NCBI GenBank assembly: GCA_041752695.1
Contig: JBGSVZ010000038.1
Location: 178,033 to 242,032 of the forward strand
Length of the DNA: 64,000 nt
DNA from: Terrimicrobiaceae bacterium
GTDB taxonomy: Bacteria; Verrucomicrobiota; Verrucomicrobiia; Chthoniobacterales; Terrimicrobiaceae
Direction of reading: 5' to 3'
In this document: positions 29,532 to 41,204 of the stretch, one piece after another
How positions within the stretch are numbered: position 1 is the stretch's first letter
Layout of the letters: each line of letters opens with the position of its first letter
The notes under the pieces: generated by a model
What the model saw: only the letters and a program-made list of their open reading frames with translations
The model's database searches: none
Told to the model about the DNA's origin: nothing
Translations under genes and position numbers: made by a program

Positions 29532-29774
29532 ATGAAAACGCTGCAGATCCGCTTGCCGGACGAATTGCGAGACGAGGCTGATTCCGTTTTGTCGGCCATC
29601 GGTCTCGATTTACCCACGGCAGTCCGGCTGTATCTGACCAAGATTGTCCAAACGCGCAGCATCCCCTTTGCCCTCGAAGCCGGGCCGGAAACGGTGGAGG
29701 CCATCGCGGTGGATGGAGAAACCCAGGCTCGAATGGATGGCATCGCGGCAGCCTGGAAGGCGCGCAAGACCTGA
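29532..29774 (+). CDS. RelB/DinJ family antitoxin
   Basis: TLQIRLPDELRDEADSVLSAIGLDLPTAVRLYLTKIVQTRSIPF matches the RelB/DinJ pattern. Confidence 0.88.
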   Translation: MKTLQIRLPDELRDEADSVLSAIGLDLPTAVRLYLTKIVQTRSIPFALEAGPETVEAIAVDGETQARMDGIAAAWKARKT

Positions 29775-29775
29775 A

Positions 29776-30171
29776 ATGCAGATCATCTTTTCCCGGCGGA
29801 TTCGCAAGCGGGAATTCGGGGGTAAAATTTCCGACGACGACATGGCTGTGCTGCGCCGCACGGCGGTTGTGACCCTGGCCACTCCCCTGGCTGGCCCGGG
29901 ACTTCCGGCGGGAACGCGTTTGCTCAAAGCTTACGGTACGTCAAAAATGGGTCCCAAACGCGTGATCTATCTCCTTATCGTGGCGGAGGGAGACCTGTTC
30001 CTGTTATTCTATCGGAGCAAGAACGATCCGATCGGCTCGAATGCAAGCCCCGCGAATCCCAAGTTCCGCGAGGAGCTTCAAAAGTATCTCACTTTGCTTC
30101 AGGAGGATATCTTGGCTGGGGAGATTGAAGTCCTAGATCTCGACGGGAATGATGTCCGAAAAAAAGGCTGA
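29776..30171 (+). CDS. Putative RelE/HigB-fold toxin
   Basis: Starts 1 nt after the antitoxin stop; GPKRVIYLLIVAEGDLFLLFYRSKND resembles the RelE/HigB beta-sheet core; 131 aa. Confidence 0.6.
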   Translation: MQIIFSRRIRKREFGGKISDDDMAVLRRTAVVTLATPLAGPGLPAGTRLLKAYGTSKMGPKRVIYLLIVAEGDLFLLFYRSKNDPIGSNASPANPKFREELQKYLTLLQEDILAGEIEVLDLDGNDVRKKG

Positions 30172-30173
30172 CC

Positions 30174-31139
30174 TTATTCCGGGCCCTTCTCAATCCGCAC
30201 CCTGAATGGCTCCGGAGAATGCAGGCGCATGTCGCGCTGGGGGAAGGGGATTTCGATGCCTGCTGCCCGGCAGAGGGCGTCGATGCGGAGGCGGAGGTCG
30301 CTGCCGACCTGCAGCGCGTTGCTGCGGTCGAGGGCGAGCCAGTAGTAGAGGTGAAAAACCAATGCGCTATCTCCGAAGGCATCGAAATAGACGGCGGGAG
30401 CAGGGTCTTTCAGAACCTCGGCATGTTCGTCCAAGACCTGACGCAGGACGCTGAGGATGGCCGCGGTGTCCGTCCCGTAGGCAAAGCCGATGGTGAAATC
30501 GTAGCGATGGGTCGAGTCGGTGAGGGTCCAGTTGATGACATTTTTTTCGAGGAACATGCTGTTGGGCACGAGAACTTCCACGCCATCGAACTTGCGCACC
30601 TGGGAGCAGCGGCTGCCGAGTTTGGTGACGCGTCCGAGGTTGCCGTCCACGTCGATTAAATCACCCACCCGGATCCCCCGTTCGAAAAGCAGAATGAGTC
30701 CGCTGATGAAGTTGTTCATCAGGGCCTGGGTGCCAAAACCGATCCCAATGGCAATGGCTCCGCCGAGGAAGGCAAACACGGTGAGGGGGATGCTCAGCCA
30801 ATTGAGGATGGTCAGGACAAATAGCGTGGCCAGCAGGTAAAAAATCCCTTTTTGCAGGACTTCGGCGTGTTCGGTGGCGAGGGTGAAACGTCGACGGATG
30901 GCGCTTGAAGTGAACGTCGAGAGGGCTCGGGCGATAACGAGGGCGAGGGTAAGCCCGAGGACGCCGAGGACAATTTTTCCCACCGAGGCCTGGATGTTGT
31001 CGGCGTGAATAATCTGATGGTTCCAGATCGCCGAGACGAGATCTCCCGCCCGAGTCAGATTGTCGTCGGGGTCCTGGGGTGCTGCCGGGGCGGAGACCGC
31101 CAGCGGCAGCAACCAAACGGATATGCCAGCCAACCCCAT
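30174..31139 (-). CDS. Small-conductance mechanosensitive channel (MscS family)
   Basis: GIGFGTQALMNNFISGLILLFERGIRVGD; VLVPNS; FGDSALVF; IEIPFPQRD. Confidence 0.92.
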   Translation of the reverse strand: MGLAGISVWLLPLAVSAPAAPQDPDDNLTRAGDLVSAIWNHQIIHADNIQASVGKIVLGVLGLTLALVIARALSTFTSSAIRRRFTLATEHAEVLQKGIFYLLATLFVLTILNWLSIPLTVFAFLGGAIAIGIGFGTQALMNNFISGLILLFERGIRVGDLIDVDGNLGRVTKLGSRCSQVRKFDGVEVLVPNSMFLEKNVINWTLTDSTHRYDFTIGFAYGTDTAAILSVLRQVLDEHAEVLKDPAPAVYFDAFGDSALVFHLYYWLALDRSNALQVGSDLRLRIDALCRAAGIEIPFPQRDMRLHSPEPFRVRIEKGPE

Positions 31140-31143
31140 GGGT

Positions 31144-32278
31144 CTAAAGATCGTCGTCCTGCGCGCCCTTCTTGTAAGTGAGACCGCGCAGTTTCCCTTC
31201 AATGAACGCATCGATGTCGCCGTCCATCACGGCCTGGATGTCGCTGGTCTGCACCCCGGTTCGCAGGTCCTTGACCATTTGATAAGGCTGGAACACGTAG
31301 GAGCGGATTTGGTTGCCCCAGGCGATGTCGCCTTTTTCGCCATATTGACGGTCCACCTCGGCCCGCTTTTTGTCGGCCTCCATCTGGTAAAGTTTCGACT
31401 TGAGCAGAGCCATGGCCATTTCGCCGTTGCGGCCCTGGCTGCGTTCGGCCTGACAGGCGGCGACGATACCGGTGGGCACGTGGCGCAGGCGCACGGCGGT
31501 TTCCACCTTGTTGACGTTTTGGCCACCCTTGCCCCCGGCGCGGTAGGTTTCGCGTTCGATATCGGCGGGATTGATCTCAATGGGCGCGTCTTCGATTTCC
31601 GGGACGGCGTCCACGCTGGCGAACGACGTATGACGGCGTTTGTTGGAATCGAACGGCGAGATGCGGACGAGACGGTGCACGCCGATTTCGTTTTTCAAAT
31701 AGCCGTACGGATGGTCGCCCGCAACGCGGAGGGTGACGGATTTGACGCCCGCCTCGTCGCCGAGTTGCATGTCGACCACGTCGCTCTTGAGCCCGCTGCG
31801 TTCCATCCAGCGGTTAAACATGCGGAGGAGCATGTCGGCCCAGTCGCAGGATTCCGTGCCGCCGGCTCCGGCGTGGATGGTGAGGAAACAGGGGTATTTG
31901 TCGAACTCGCCGGAAAGCAGTTGTTGAAGTTCGAATTTTTCCAGATCGCGCACCACGGCGTCGAATTCCGCGCGGGCGTCGGCCAGGGCCTTGGGCTGGG
32001 TCTCGGCGGGTTCTTCCGCGACCAATTCCTTCAGGACCTCAAGGTCCTCGACCCGGGATGCGAGCGATAGGAAGGGCTGGATTTTTCCGCGAAGGGCAGA
32101 GACCTGCTCGACGTCGCGCTGGGCGGCCTCCTTGTTGTTCCAGAAGTCGGGTGAGGCCATGCGGGCCTCGATTTCGGAGAGTTTCTGAGTGAGGACGGGC
32201 AAGTCAAAGATACCTCCGAAGCTCGGCGATGCGCGTCGAGACAACGGAGGTGTCAATCATGTCAAGGTTATCGGTCAT
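31144..32278 (-). CDS. prfB: Peptide chain release factor 2 with a programmed +1 frameshift
   Basis: SPF and GGQ motifs. ATG 32278 reads 24 codons to CTT-TGA-C (32209-32203), preceded by an internal SD-like GGAGG, then continues in the +1 frame. Confidence 0.96.
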
Positions 32279-32357
32279 AAAGGAAAAGTGATTGAAAGGG
32301 GAATTTGGCGGGATGACAAGGATGGACGCGGACTGTCCACTCAAGGCGAACTTGGGC

Positions 32358-32392
32358 GTTCAAAGTTGAACGTTCGACGTTCAGCGTTGCGC
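32358..32392. repeat. Degenerate heptamer tandem repeat (5 units)
   Basis: GTTCAAA GTTGAAC GTTCGAC GTTCAGC GTTGCGC, overlapping a CGCGC-GAA-GCGCG hairpin. Confidence 0.55.
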
Positions 32393-32408
32393 GCGAAGCG
32401 CGTACGCG

Positions 32409-32750
32409 TCACTTTTCCTTAACTTCCTGCGCCTTGGCAGAGTCGAGGCGGAAGATGGTTTCGCCTTCTTTCATCATGCCGAGGCGGTCGCGGGCGATGG
32501 TCTCGATGTATTCCCGATCGTTCTCGAGGAGATAGACTTCGCGCGTCTGCAGCTTATTGAGCGATTCTTCTGCGGCAAGTTGGGCCTGTTTTTGTTCCAG
32601 GTTTCGCACCATGGAGTCGCGGCGCTTGAGTTCGGGGTAAAACCAAAGGCTGACGATGCAAATGATTCCGACGAAGGCAAGGAACATGAGGACGCGGTTG
32701 AGCGCCTTCAAGAATGAGGAATCTTTGCGGCGGCGGCCGTCGGATTTCAT
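32409..32750 (-). CDS. ftsB: Septum formation initiator, FtsB/DivIC family
   Basis: One TM helix, a coiled coil and YIETIARDRLGMMKEGETIF; lies downstream of eno as in the usual eno-ftsB order. Confidence 0.8.
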   Translation of the reverse strand: MKSDGRRRKDSSFLKALNRVLMFLAFVGIICIVSLWFYPELKRRDSMVRNLEQKQAQLAAEESLNKLQTREVYLLENDREYIETIARDRLGMMKEGETIFRLDSAKAQEVKEK

Positions 32751-32846
32751 GGAGTGTAGTTTAGCGTGCGGGCTTTGCTCGGCAAGCATGGTGTGAGGGC
32801 CTGCTGGAGGCCAGCCCCGCCGGGGCGGGCTACAGGATACTCAACG

Positions 32847-32885
32847 GCAAAAAGGCGGCGCGGAAAGTTCCGTGCCGCCTTTTGC
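32847..32885 (-). terminator. Intrinsic terminator after eno (possibly bidirectional)
   Basis: AAAAAGGCGGCGCGGAA-AG-TTCCGTGCCGCCTTTT hairpin with A/T tails. Confidence 0.75.
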
Positions 32886-32910
32886 GAATGGTTGTTTGGG
32901 ACGCGGAGGC

Positions 32911-34969
<2,059 letters not shown>

Positions 34970-35077
34970 GTCGGTGCGACCATGGCCGAGAGTAAAACCA
35001 CTTTTGCGCGCTAGGCGAGCGTCGCGTCAGGTTTGGTGCATTTTTCTCGTGGGGGGCGGTCGCCGGGAGCTACGATG

Positions 35078-35133
35078 TTGGAGTCCAGCCTTTAGGCTGT
35101 TCAGGGAGGCACACGCTAAAGCGTGAACTCCAA
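35078..35133. repeat. REP-doublet element, copy 2
   Basis: TTGGAGTCCAGCCTTTAGGCTG ... CACGCTAAAGCGTGAACTCCAA. Confidence 0.85.
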
Positions 35134-35188
35134 TGGTAAGCCTCGCTCGGCTGCTTTCCTGTCATACACTCGAAGCAGGTGGGCGAAA

Positions 35189-35650
35189 TCAATGGGAGTG
35201 TGAGCAGGTGCAGGCGTATTCCGCGAGTTTGCACTCGGGGCATTTCGCCATGTTGAGGGTGAATTTTTCCACGACAGTTTTCGCCTCCGGCGTCACCTTG
35301 ATCTGGACGACGGCGGGAAAGGCCATGCCTTCGGGCAGGGGCTGGTCAGAGACGAGTACGTTGCCGGATTGAGCGAACGCCAGCTTTTTCGGAGCCGAAC
35401 GTTCGCCGGCAGTGACCGTGACCACCTGCCCGGCGGGGGCGATGGCCTGGCCGTCGTCGTCGAGAAAAGTGATTTGCACCTTGCGGTCGCTCGTGACGAA
35501 AAATTCCGCGTGCGGTTCGATGGCGGTGAGGATTTTTCCGCCGTTCGGGCCGGCCTCTTTTTTGGCGTGGTCGTGTCCGTGGTTGTCGGCGGCAAATGCC
35601 GGAAAGGCGAGGATGAGGGTGGCGATGAGGGTGAGGATGGGTGTTTTCAT
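35189..35650 (-). CDS. Secreted His/Cys-rich putative metal-binding protein
   Basis: Signal peptide; HGHDH; GPNGG; C-terminal CPECKLAEYACTCSHSH; last gene of the efflux operon. Confidence 0.75.
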   Translation of the reverse strand: MKTPILTLIATLILAFPAFAADNHGHDHAKKEAGPNGGKILTAIEPHAEFFVTSDRKVQITFLDDDGQAIAPAGQVVTVTAGERSAPKKLAFAQSGNVLVSDQPLPEGMAFPAVVQIKVTPEAKTVVEKFTLNMAKCPECKLAEYACTCSHSH

Positions 35651-35723
35651 TCTTTTGGTTTGGTTTTTTTGGTTGCTGGGAAAAAGAGAGGAGTGCGGTC
35701 ATCGGCTCCACGCTAAGGGAAGT

Positions 35724-38700
35724 TCATTGCGCGGCGGCGGCGTTGCGGGCGAGGGCCCCGGTGGCGGCTTGGCGGCCGAAGGTATAAAAAATCAGCGGAG
35801 TGATGAGGAAGTCGAGCAGGGTGGAGGAGACGAGACCGCCCACAATGACGACGGCCACGGGATGGAGGATCTCCTTGCCGGGCTGGTCGCCGGCGAGGAC
35901 AAATGGAATCAAGGCGATGCCGGCGGCGAGGGCGGTCATGAGGACCGGGACCATGCGCTCAAGGGTGCCTCGCTCGACCATCTGGCGGGTAAACTCTTCG
36001 CCTTCGTGTTTCATCAGGTGGAGGTAGTGGGAGAGCATCATGATGCCATTGCGCGCGGCGATGCCACCGACGGCGATGAAACCGACGAGAGTGGCGATAC
36101 TAATGTTATCAATCAGCAGCCAGGTGAGGACAAGACCGCCGACGAGGGCGAGGGGGATATTGAGCAGCACCTGCAGGGCGAGCGAAAGGCTCTGGAAGTA
36201 GCCGTAGAGCAGGAAGACGATGATGACGAAAACGGCGGCGCTGAGGATGAGGATGCGCTGGGTGGCTTCCTGCTGGGCCTGGAACTCGCCTTCGTAGGTT
36301 ACGAAGTAGCCCTCGGGGAGTTTCACCTGGTCGGCCACCATTTTTTCGAATTCGGCGACGCGGGCGCCCACGTCGCGGACGGTTGGTTTGATGGCGATGG
36401 TGAAGCGGCGCTGGCCATTTTCGCGGAAGATGACATTGGGCCCCTTGGCTTCACGCACGTCGGCGATGGCGTGCAGGGGAAGGAAACGTCCGCCGATGTC
36501 GATGGGAAGCTGGGCGATTTTTTCGGGGGAGTCGCGCCAGGCCAAGGGCAGGCGCAGGACGAGATTGATGGCGCGCTGGCCTTCGCGCAGTTCGGCCACG
36601 GATTTCCCGCCCACGAGGGTGCTGAGTTTTTCATTGAGGATCCCCGGGGTGATGCCATAGGCCGCCGCGCGGTCGCGGTCGGCTTCGATGCGGAGCTGTG
36701 GGATGGAGGATTGCTGGTCGAGTTTGGCATCGGCGAAGCCAGGAATGGTTTTGGCAATGCCCTGGATTTGGGTGCCGAGGCGGCGGAGGGTGTCGAGGTC
36801 GGGACCAAAGACCTTGATGGCGACGGGGGCGGAGACGCCGCTGAGCATGTGGCCGATGCGGTCGGCCAGAGGGCCACCGACGACCGCGAAGACGCCTGGG
36901 ACGGATTGAACCCGCGACTTGAGGTCGGCGAGGATCTCGGCGCGGGAACGGCCCTTCGCGTTCCCGCCCTGTCGGAAATCCACATCGAATTCCGCAGTGG
37001 AGACGGGCACGACGTGGTCGCCGCGTTCCGCACGGCCGAGGCGGCGGCCGACTTTGGAAACTTCGGGCACGGCGAGGATTTGTTCCTCAATCGCGTCGGA
37101 GATCTGGTTCATTTGCTCAAGCGAGGTGCCAGGCGCGGAGGTGGCGGCGATAAGGGCGGTTTCTTCCTTGAAGGCGGGAAGGAAATCCTTGCCCATGCTG
37201 GCATAGAGGGAGAAGGCGGCGAGCCCACCGAAGAGGACGACGGCCAGAACCGGGTAGGGCAGCTCGAACGCCAGGCGCAGGGCCGTGGAGCGGAGCAGGC
37301 GTTTCATCGAGCGCACAAGCCAGCCGTCGGGGTGGTCGTGGCCGGGTTTCGGGTTGAGCAGGAAGGAGCAGAGAACTGGGATGAGGGTGAGGGAAACGAC
37401 AAAGGAGGCGATCATACTGATGATCGTCGCGATGGCGATGGGGGCGAAAAGCTTGCCCTCGACACCGGTGAGTCCGAGCAGGGGGATGAAGACGAGCACG
37501 ATGAGCACAGTGGCGTAGAGGATGGAGCTGCGGACTTCTCCAGACGCGCGGGCGATGACGGCAAGCTTGGGCTGGGGATTAGGCAGGGAGGCATTTTCGC
37601 GCAATCGCCGGAAGACGTTTTCCACATCCACAATGGCGTCGTCCACCACCATGCCGATGGCGACGGCGAGGCCGCCAAGGGTCATGGAATTTACGGACAC
37701 ACCTAGCCATTGAAAGGTGAGCAGAGTGATGGCGAAGCTCATGGGCATGGCCATGAGGGTGATGAAAGTGGTGCGGAAGTTGAGGAGGAATATGAACAAC
37801 ACGACAGCGACCATCACGGCTGCCTCGATGATGGCGCTCCGGAGGTTGCCCATGGCGTTGTCGATGAAATCCTTTTGCTGAAAAAGCACGACGGTCTCGA
37901 CGCCCTTGGGCAAGGTCGGTGCGAGTTCGTCGAGGGCTTCCTTGATCTGCCGGGTGAGCGAGCGGGTGTCGAAGCCGGGGGATTTTGTCACGGACATGAT
38001 CACGCCGTACGTGGGCGTTTTTTCCGGGGCCTGGCTGACGGTGGCATCGCCTCGCATGGGCTCGATCCCCCAGGCCACGGTGGCCACATCGGTGAGGAGA
38101 ATGGGGCGGTCGCCGACCTTTTTGATGACCGTGCGCCCTAGGGCGGTGAGGTCGGTGGTCATGGCCAGATTGCGGACCATGATCTCGGTGGGGCCGGTGG
38201 TGAGGAAACCTCCGGTGGTCGTGTTAGCGGCGGCTGCTGCGGTGGCGGTGAGTTCGTCGAAGCTCACTCCGTGAGCCTGCATGCGGTAGGGATCGGGCTG
38301 GATTTCAATCTGCCTGATGCCGCCGCCCATGTTCAGGACCTCGGCGATGCCGGGAATGCTTTGCAGGCGGCGCTTGATGGTCCAGTCGGCGAGCGAGCGG
38401 ACTTCGCTGGGCGGGATGTAGCCCGGCTGACCTTCCTTGGTGGTGGAGCGAACGCCGACGAGAAGGATTTCGCCCATGAGTGAAGCGACGGGTGTGAGGA
38501 AAGGTTGGACACCGTCCGGGAGTTGCTCGCGGGCCGTCTGCAAGCGCTCCTGCACGAGAATGCGGTTTTTATAAATGTCGGTGCCCCAGTCGAATTCGGC
38601 ATACACCAGAGAGAGCGCGACATCGGAATTTGATCTCAGTCGGGTGAGGCCGGCGACGCCCATGAGGGCGCTTTCCAGCGGCTGAGTGACGCGGATTTCA

Positions 38701-38882
38701 ACCTCCTCCGGTGAGAGGCCGGGGGCTTCGGTGAGGATCACGACAGTCGGCTTCGTGAGGTCGGGCAGCACCTCGACTGGGAGCCGCAGGGCAGTGGTGA
38801 CGCCAAGGGCGAGAAGAATGAGGGAAAAACCGACGACAATGGGTCGATTCGTCAGCGACCATGAAATAAGGCGATTAAGCAC
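35724..38882 (-). CDS. Heavy-metal efflux RND permease (CzcA/CusA family)
   Basis: LPVEVLPDL, EAPGLSPEEVE, MTLGGLAVAIGMVVDDAIVDVEN, ERMVPVLMTA, HPVAVVIVGGLVSSTLL. Confidence 0.93.
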   Translation of the reverse strand: MLNRLISWSLTNRPIVVGFSLILLALGVTTALRLPVEVLPDLTKPTVVILTEAPGLSPEEVEIRVTQPLESALMGVAGLTRLRSNSDVALSLVYAEFDWGTDIYKNRILVQERLQTAREQLPDGVQPFLTPVASLMGEILLVGVRSTTKEGQPGYIPPSEVRSLADWTIKRRLQSIPGIAEVLNMGGGIRQIEIQPDPYRMQAHGVSFDELTATAAAAANTTTGGFLTTGPTEIMVRNLAMTTDLTALGRTVIKKVGDRPILLTDVATVAWGIEPMRGDATVSQAPEKTPTYGVIMSVTKSPGFDTRSLTRQIKEALDELAPTLPKGVETVVLFQQKDFIDNAMGNLRSAIIEAAVMVAVVLFIFLLNFRTTFITLMAMPMSFAITLLTFQWLGVSVNSMTLGGLAVAIGMVVDDAIVDVENVFRRLRENASLPNPQPKLAVIARASGEVRSSILYATVLIVLVFIPLLGLTGVEGKLFAPIAIATIISMIASFVVSLTLIPVLCSFLLNPKPGHDHPDGWLVRSMKRLLRSTALRLAFELPYPVLAVVLFGGLAAFSLYASMGKDFLPAFKEETALIAATSAPGTSLEQMNQISDAIEEQILAVPEVSKVGRRLGRAERGDHVVPVSTAEFDVDFRQGGNAKGRSRAEILADLKSRVQSVPGVFAVVGGPLADRIGHMLSGVSAPVAIKVFGPDLDTLRRLGTQIQGIAKTIPGFADAKLDQQSSIPQLRIEADRDRAAAYGITPGILNEKLSTLVGGKSVAELREGQRAINLVLRLPLAWRDSPEKIAQLPIDIGGRFLPLHAIADVREAKGPNVIFRENGQRRFTIAIKPTVRDVGARVAEFEKMVADQVKLPEGYFVTYEGEFQAQQEATQRILILSAAVFVIIVFLLYGYFQSLSLALQVLLNIPLALVGGLVLTWLLIDNISIATLVGFIAVGGIAARNGIMMLSHYLHLMKHEGEEFTRQMVERGTLERMVPVLMTALAAGIALIPFVLAGDQPGKEILHPVAVVIVGGLVSSTLLDFLITPLIFYTFGRQAATGALARNAAAAQ

Positions 38883-39978
38883 GGGCGGCTCCCTTCTTGC
38901 GGAAGATCGTAACCAGCCAGGCGACAAAAAAGGTCAGACTGGTGATCATCCAAAAAGAGTTCTGACCGTTCTGCCCCGGTAGGGTCGGCGGTTCCGTTTT
39001 TTTGGCATCGGAGAGCTCCGATCCATCCTCGGCATGTTCGTGACCGTGGGCGGCGTCGAGAGCCTCCTTGAGGGAAATGCTTCCTCCGCCGGCGAAGGCC
39101 AGGGAATAGGCTCCCCGCGTGACAACTTCATCGGCGGGCAGCAGACCGCTGACGATTTCGACGCTGCGGTCGTTGATTTCCCCGACCACAACGGGAGTTT
39201 TCACGAAGGCATTCGGCAGATCAAAATCCTTCACATAAACAAAGCGGTTGGCCGCATCGCCCTGGAGCGCGGTACGGGGGATGCTCGTTACTCCGGCGCG
39301 TTTTTTCAGCACAATGGAAAACTCCGCCCTCATCCCGGGGCGCAGGTCGAGCTTGGGATTCTCGACATGAAACGCGGCCTCGACCGTGCCGCTTTCGGCG
39401 TCGGCGGTGGCGCCAAGGTGTTCGAGATCGGCTTCGAAATTCTGATTCCCGGCGGCGGGAACGGTGATGCGCGCCTTGAGCCCCGGTTTGAGTTGGCCGG
39501 CGAGATGTTCCGGCACGCGGGCGAGGGCATAAACTTCGGAGAGGTCGAGGATTTCGGCCAGCACCTTATCCGGTTCGACCGGTTCACCCGGAATAATGTA
39601 CGTGGCGCTGACCAGTCCGGAAATCGGAGCGACCACATCCACGCGCGGCGGCGGGTTGCCCGGCTGGCGGCTTTCCACGATCAGGGCGACGTCGCCTTTT
39701 TTAATCGGGTGGTCATGTTTGGCAAAAACTTCCAGGGCGCGACCGGGAATACGGCTGCTGATCGCGGCGCGGCGGCCGGGATAAACGTCAATGCGTCCGA
39801 GGGCAAAGACGGATTCCTCGAAATCGGCTTCCTCCACTAAGACGGTTTCGATGCGGAGATTTTTCACTCCGGTCTCGTTCAGCACGACGGTATTAGCACT
39901 GCCGCCGCCCGTTTCTTCCGCGGCACCTATGGGCCCAATGCCGAGGATGATGAGATATAAAGAGAGGGTGTATTTCAT
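38875..39978 (-). CDS. RND membrane fusion protein (CzcB/CusB family)
   Basis: Barrel-sandwich hybrid signatures (VVAPISG, LRPGM) and a C-terminal HGHEH; lies between the OMF and the permease. Confidence 0.88.
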   Translation of the reverse strand: MKYTLSLYLIILGIGPIGAAEETGGGSANTVVLNETGVKNLRIETVLVEEADFEESVFALGRIDVYPGRRAAISSRIPGRALEVFAKHDHPIKKGDVALIVESRQPGNPPPRVDVVAPISGLVSATYIIPGEPVEPDKVLAEILDLSEVYALARVPEHLAGQLKPGLKARITVPAAGNQNFEADLEHLGATADAESGTVEAAFHVENPKLDLRPGMRAEFSIVLKKRAGVTSIPRTALQGDAANRFVYVKDFDLPNAFVKTPVVVGEINDRSVEIVSGLLPADEVVTRGAYSLAFAGGGSISLKEALDAAHGHEHAEDGSELSDAKKTEPPTLPGQNGQNSFWMITSLTFFVAWLVTIFRKKGAARA

Positions 39979-39980
39979 GA

Positions 39981-41204
39981 CTAGCGGGATTCGCCCACGG
40001 CGGTGAGCCATTCGATGCGGGAAAGATGGAATTTTTTGCGCGCTTCGAGGGCGGCAGTTTCGGAAGTGGACAGCCGTTCGCGAGCGAGAAAGAGGGCTTG
40101 CAGGTCGAGTTCGCCGCGCTGATATGCAGCTTCAGTTTCGGCGACCTGTTTGCGGGCAGCGGGGAGGACGCGGGATTCCAGGAGAGTGGCCGCGCGGTAT
40201 AATGCGGTCATGGCCCGGTGGGCGGTGAGCGCTTGATTGAGGGCCGCCAGGCGCAGGGCGGCGAGCATCTGGTGGCGTCTTTCGGCGGTGGCTTGTTTTT
40301 CGGCGACAAGGCCCAGGCCGTTGTTCCAAAGGGGAAGGGGAATGCTAAAGCGCACGCCGATGAGTGCCTCCGGCTCGATCCCTTCCGGTTCGTCCCGGAA
40401 GCGTTCGCCTTCGACAAAAACCCCGACGCCGACATCCTCCCAGCGTGAAGCCTGGGCGAGCGACACATCCACAGCACCGGCCTCGACCGCCATCTCCGCC
40501 AGTCGCAAGTCGGGACGGTCACCGAGGGAGCGATTGGCGGGTAGCGCCTTGGGCAGCGCCAGCGTGTCTTTGAGGATGATTCGAACGTCGGCTTTCTCCC
40601 CCAGCAAAGTGGCGAGGCGTCCAGCCGCGAGGGCTTCCTCCGCGCGGAGTGCCTCGCGCGAGGAGGCAAAACCCTCCCCGGCCAACGCGGCCTGTCCTGC
40701 ATCAAGGCTGGATGTGAAACCTTCCGCCGTGCTCGTTTTAAGGGACTCAACCAATGCCAGGGCCACATCGGCCTGGCGGCTGGCCAAGGAGATGGATTCG
40801 CGAGCGCCGGCCAGTTCGTAAAATGCCCCCCTTGCCGCCATGGCAAGTTGCGCCTCTTTTTGCCGTACCTCCAGCCGCGCGGTTTCGATATCGAGGGCGG
40901 AAAAATTTCGCTCCAGCCGCAAGCGGGCGGTGAGCGGAAATCGCTGGGTCAGACCGACGGACACCCGGCCCTCGAAGTCCTGACCTCCGGCCACTTCCAG
41001 ATCCACTTCGGGATTGGTGAGTCGCCCGGAGTTCCGGGCACGTCCCGCCCCTTCCGCGACGAGGGTGCGTGCGGCAAGGAGTTCGGGATTTTTTTCACAA
41101 GCGAGGCGTGCGGCGGAGTCCGCCGTGAGGGCAAGATCCGCAATGGCGGAAATTGGAGAGAGAGCAAGGCTGATCGCCAGTCCCAGCAAAGGAATTCGCA
41201 TCAT
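39981..41204 (-). CDS. TolC/CzcC family outer membrane efflux protein
   Basis: Signal peptide, NPEL, RPDL, SIPLPLWNNG, AYQRGE. Confidence 0.88.
   Translation of the reverse strand: MMRIPLLGLAISLALSPISAIADLALTADSAARLACEKNPELLAARTLVAEGAGRARNSGRLTNPEVDLEVAGGQDFEGRVSVGLTQRFPLTARLRLERNFSALDIETARLEVRQKEAQLAMAARGAFYELAGARESISLASRQADVALALVESLKTSTAEGFTSSLDAGQAALAGEGFASSREALRAEEALAAGRLATLLGEKADVRIILKDTLALPKALPANRSLGDRPDLRLAEMAVEAGAVDVSLAQASRWEDVGVGVFVEGERFRDEPEGIEPEALIGVRFSIPLPLWNNGLGLVAEKQATAERRHQMLAALRLAALNQALTAHRAMTALYRAATLLESRVLPAARKQVAETEAAYQRGELDLQALFLARERLSTSETAALEARKKFHLSRIEWLTAVGESR

Noticed and set aside
24231..30171. Defence islet as a prophage or integrative element
   Set aside because: No integrase, tRNA target or flanking direct repeats were seen.
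35412..37706. 764 aa plus-strand ORF
   Set aside because: Antisense shadow of the RND permease.
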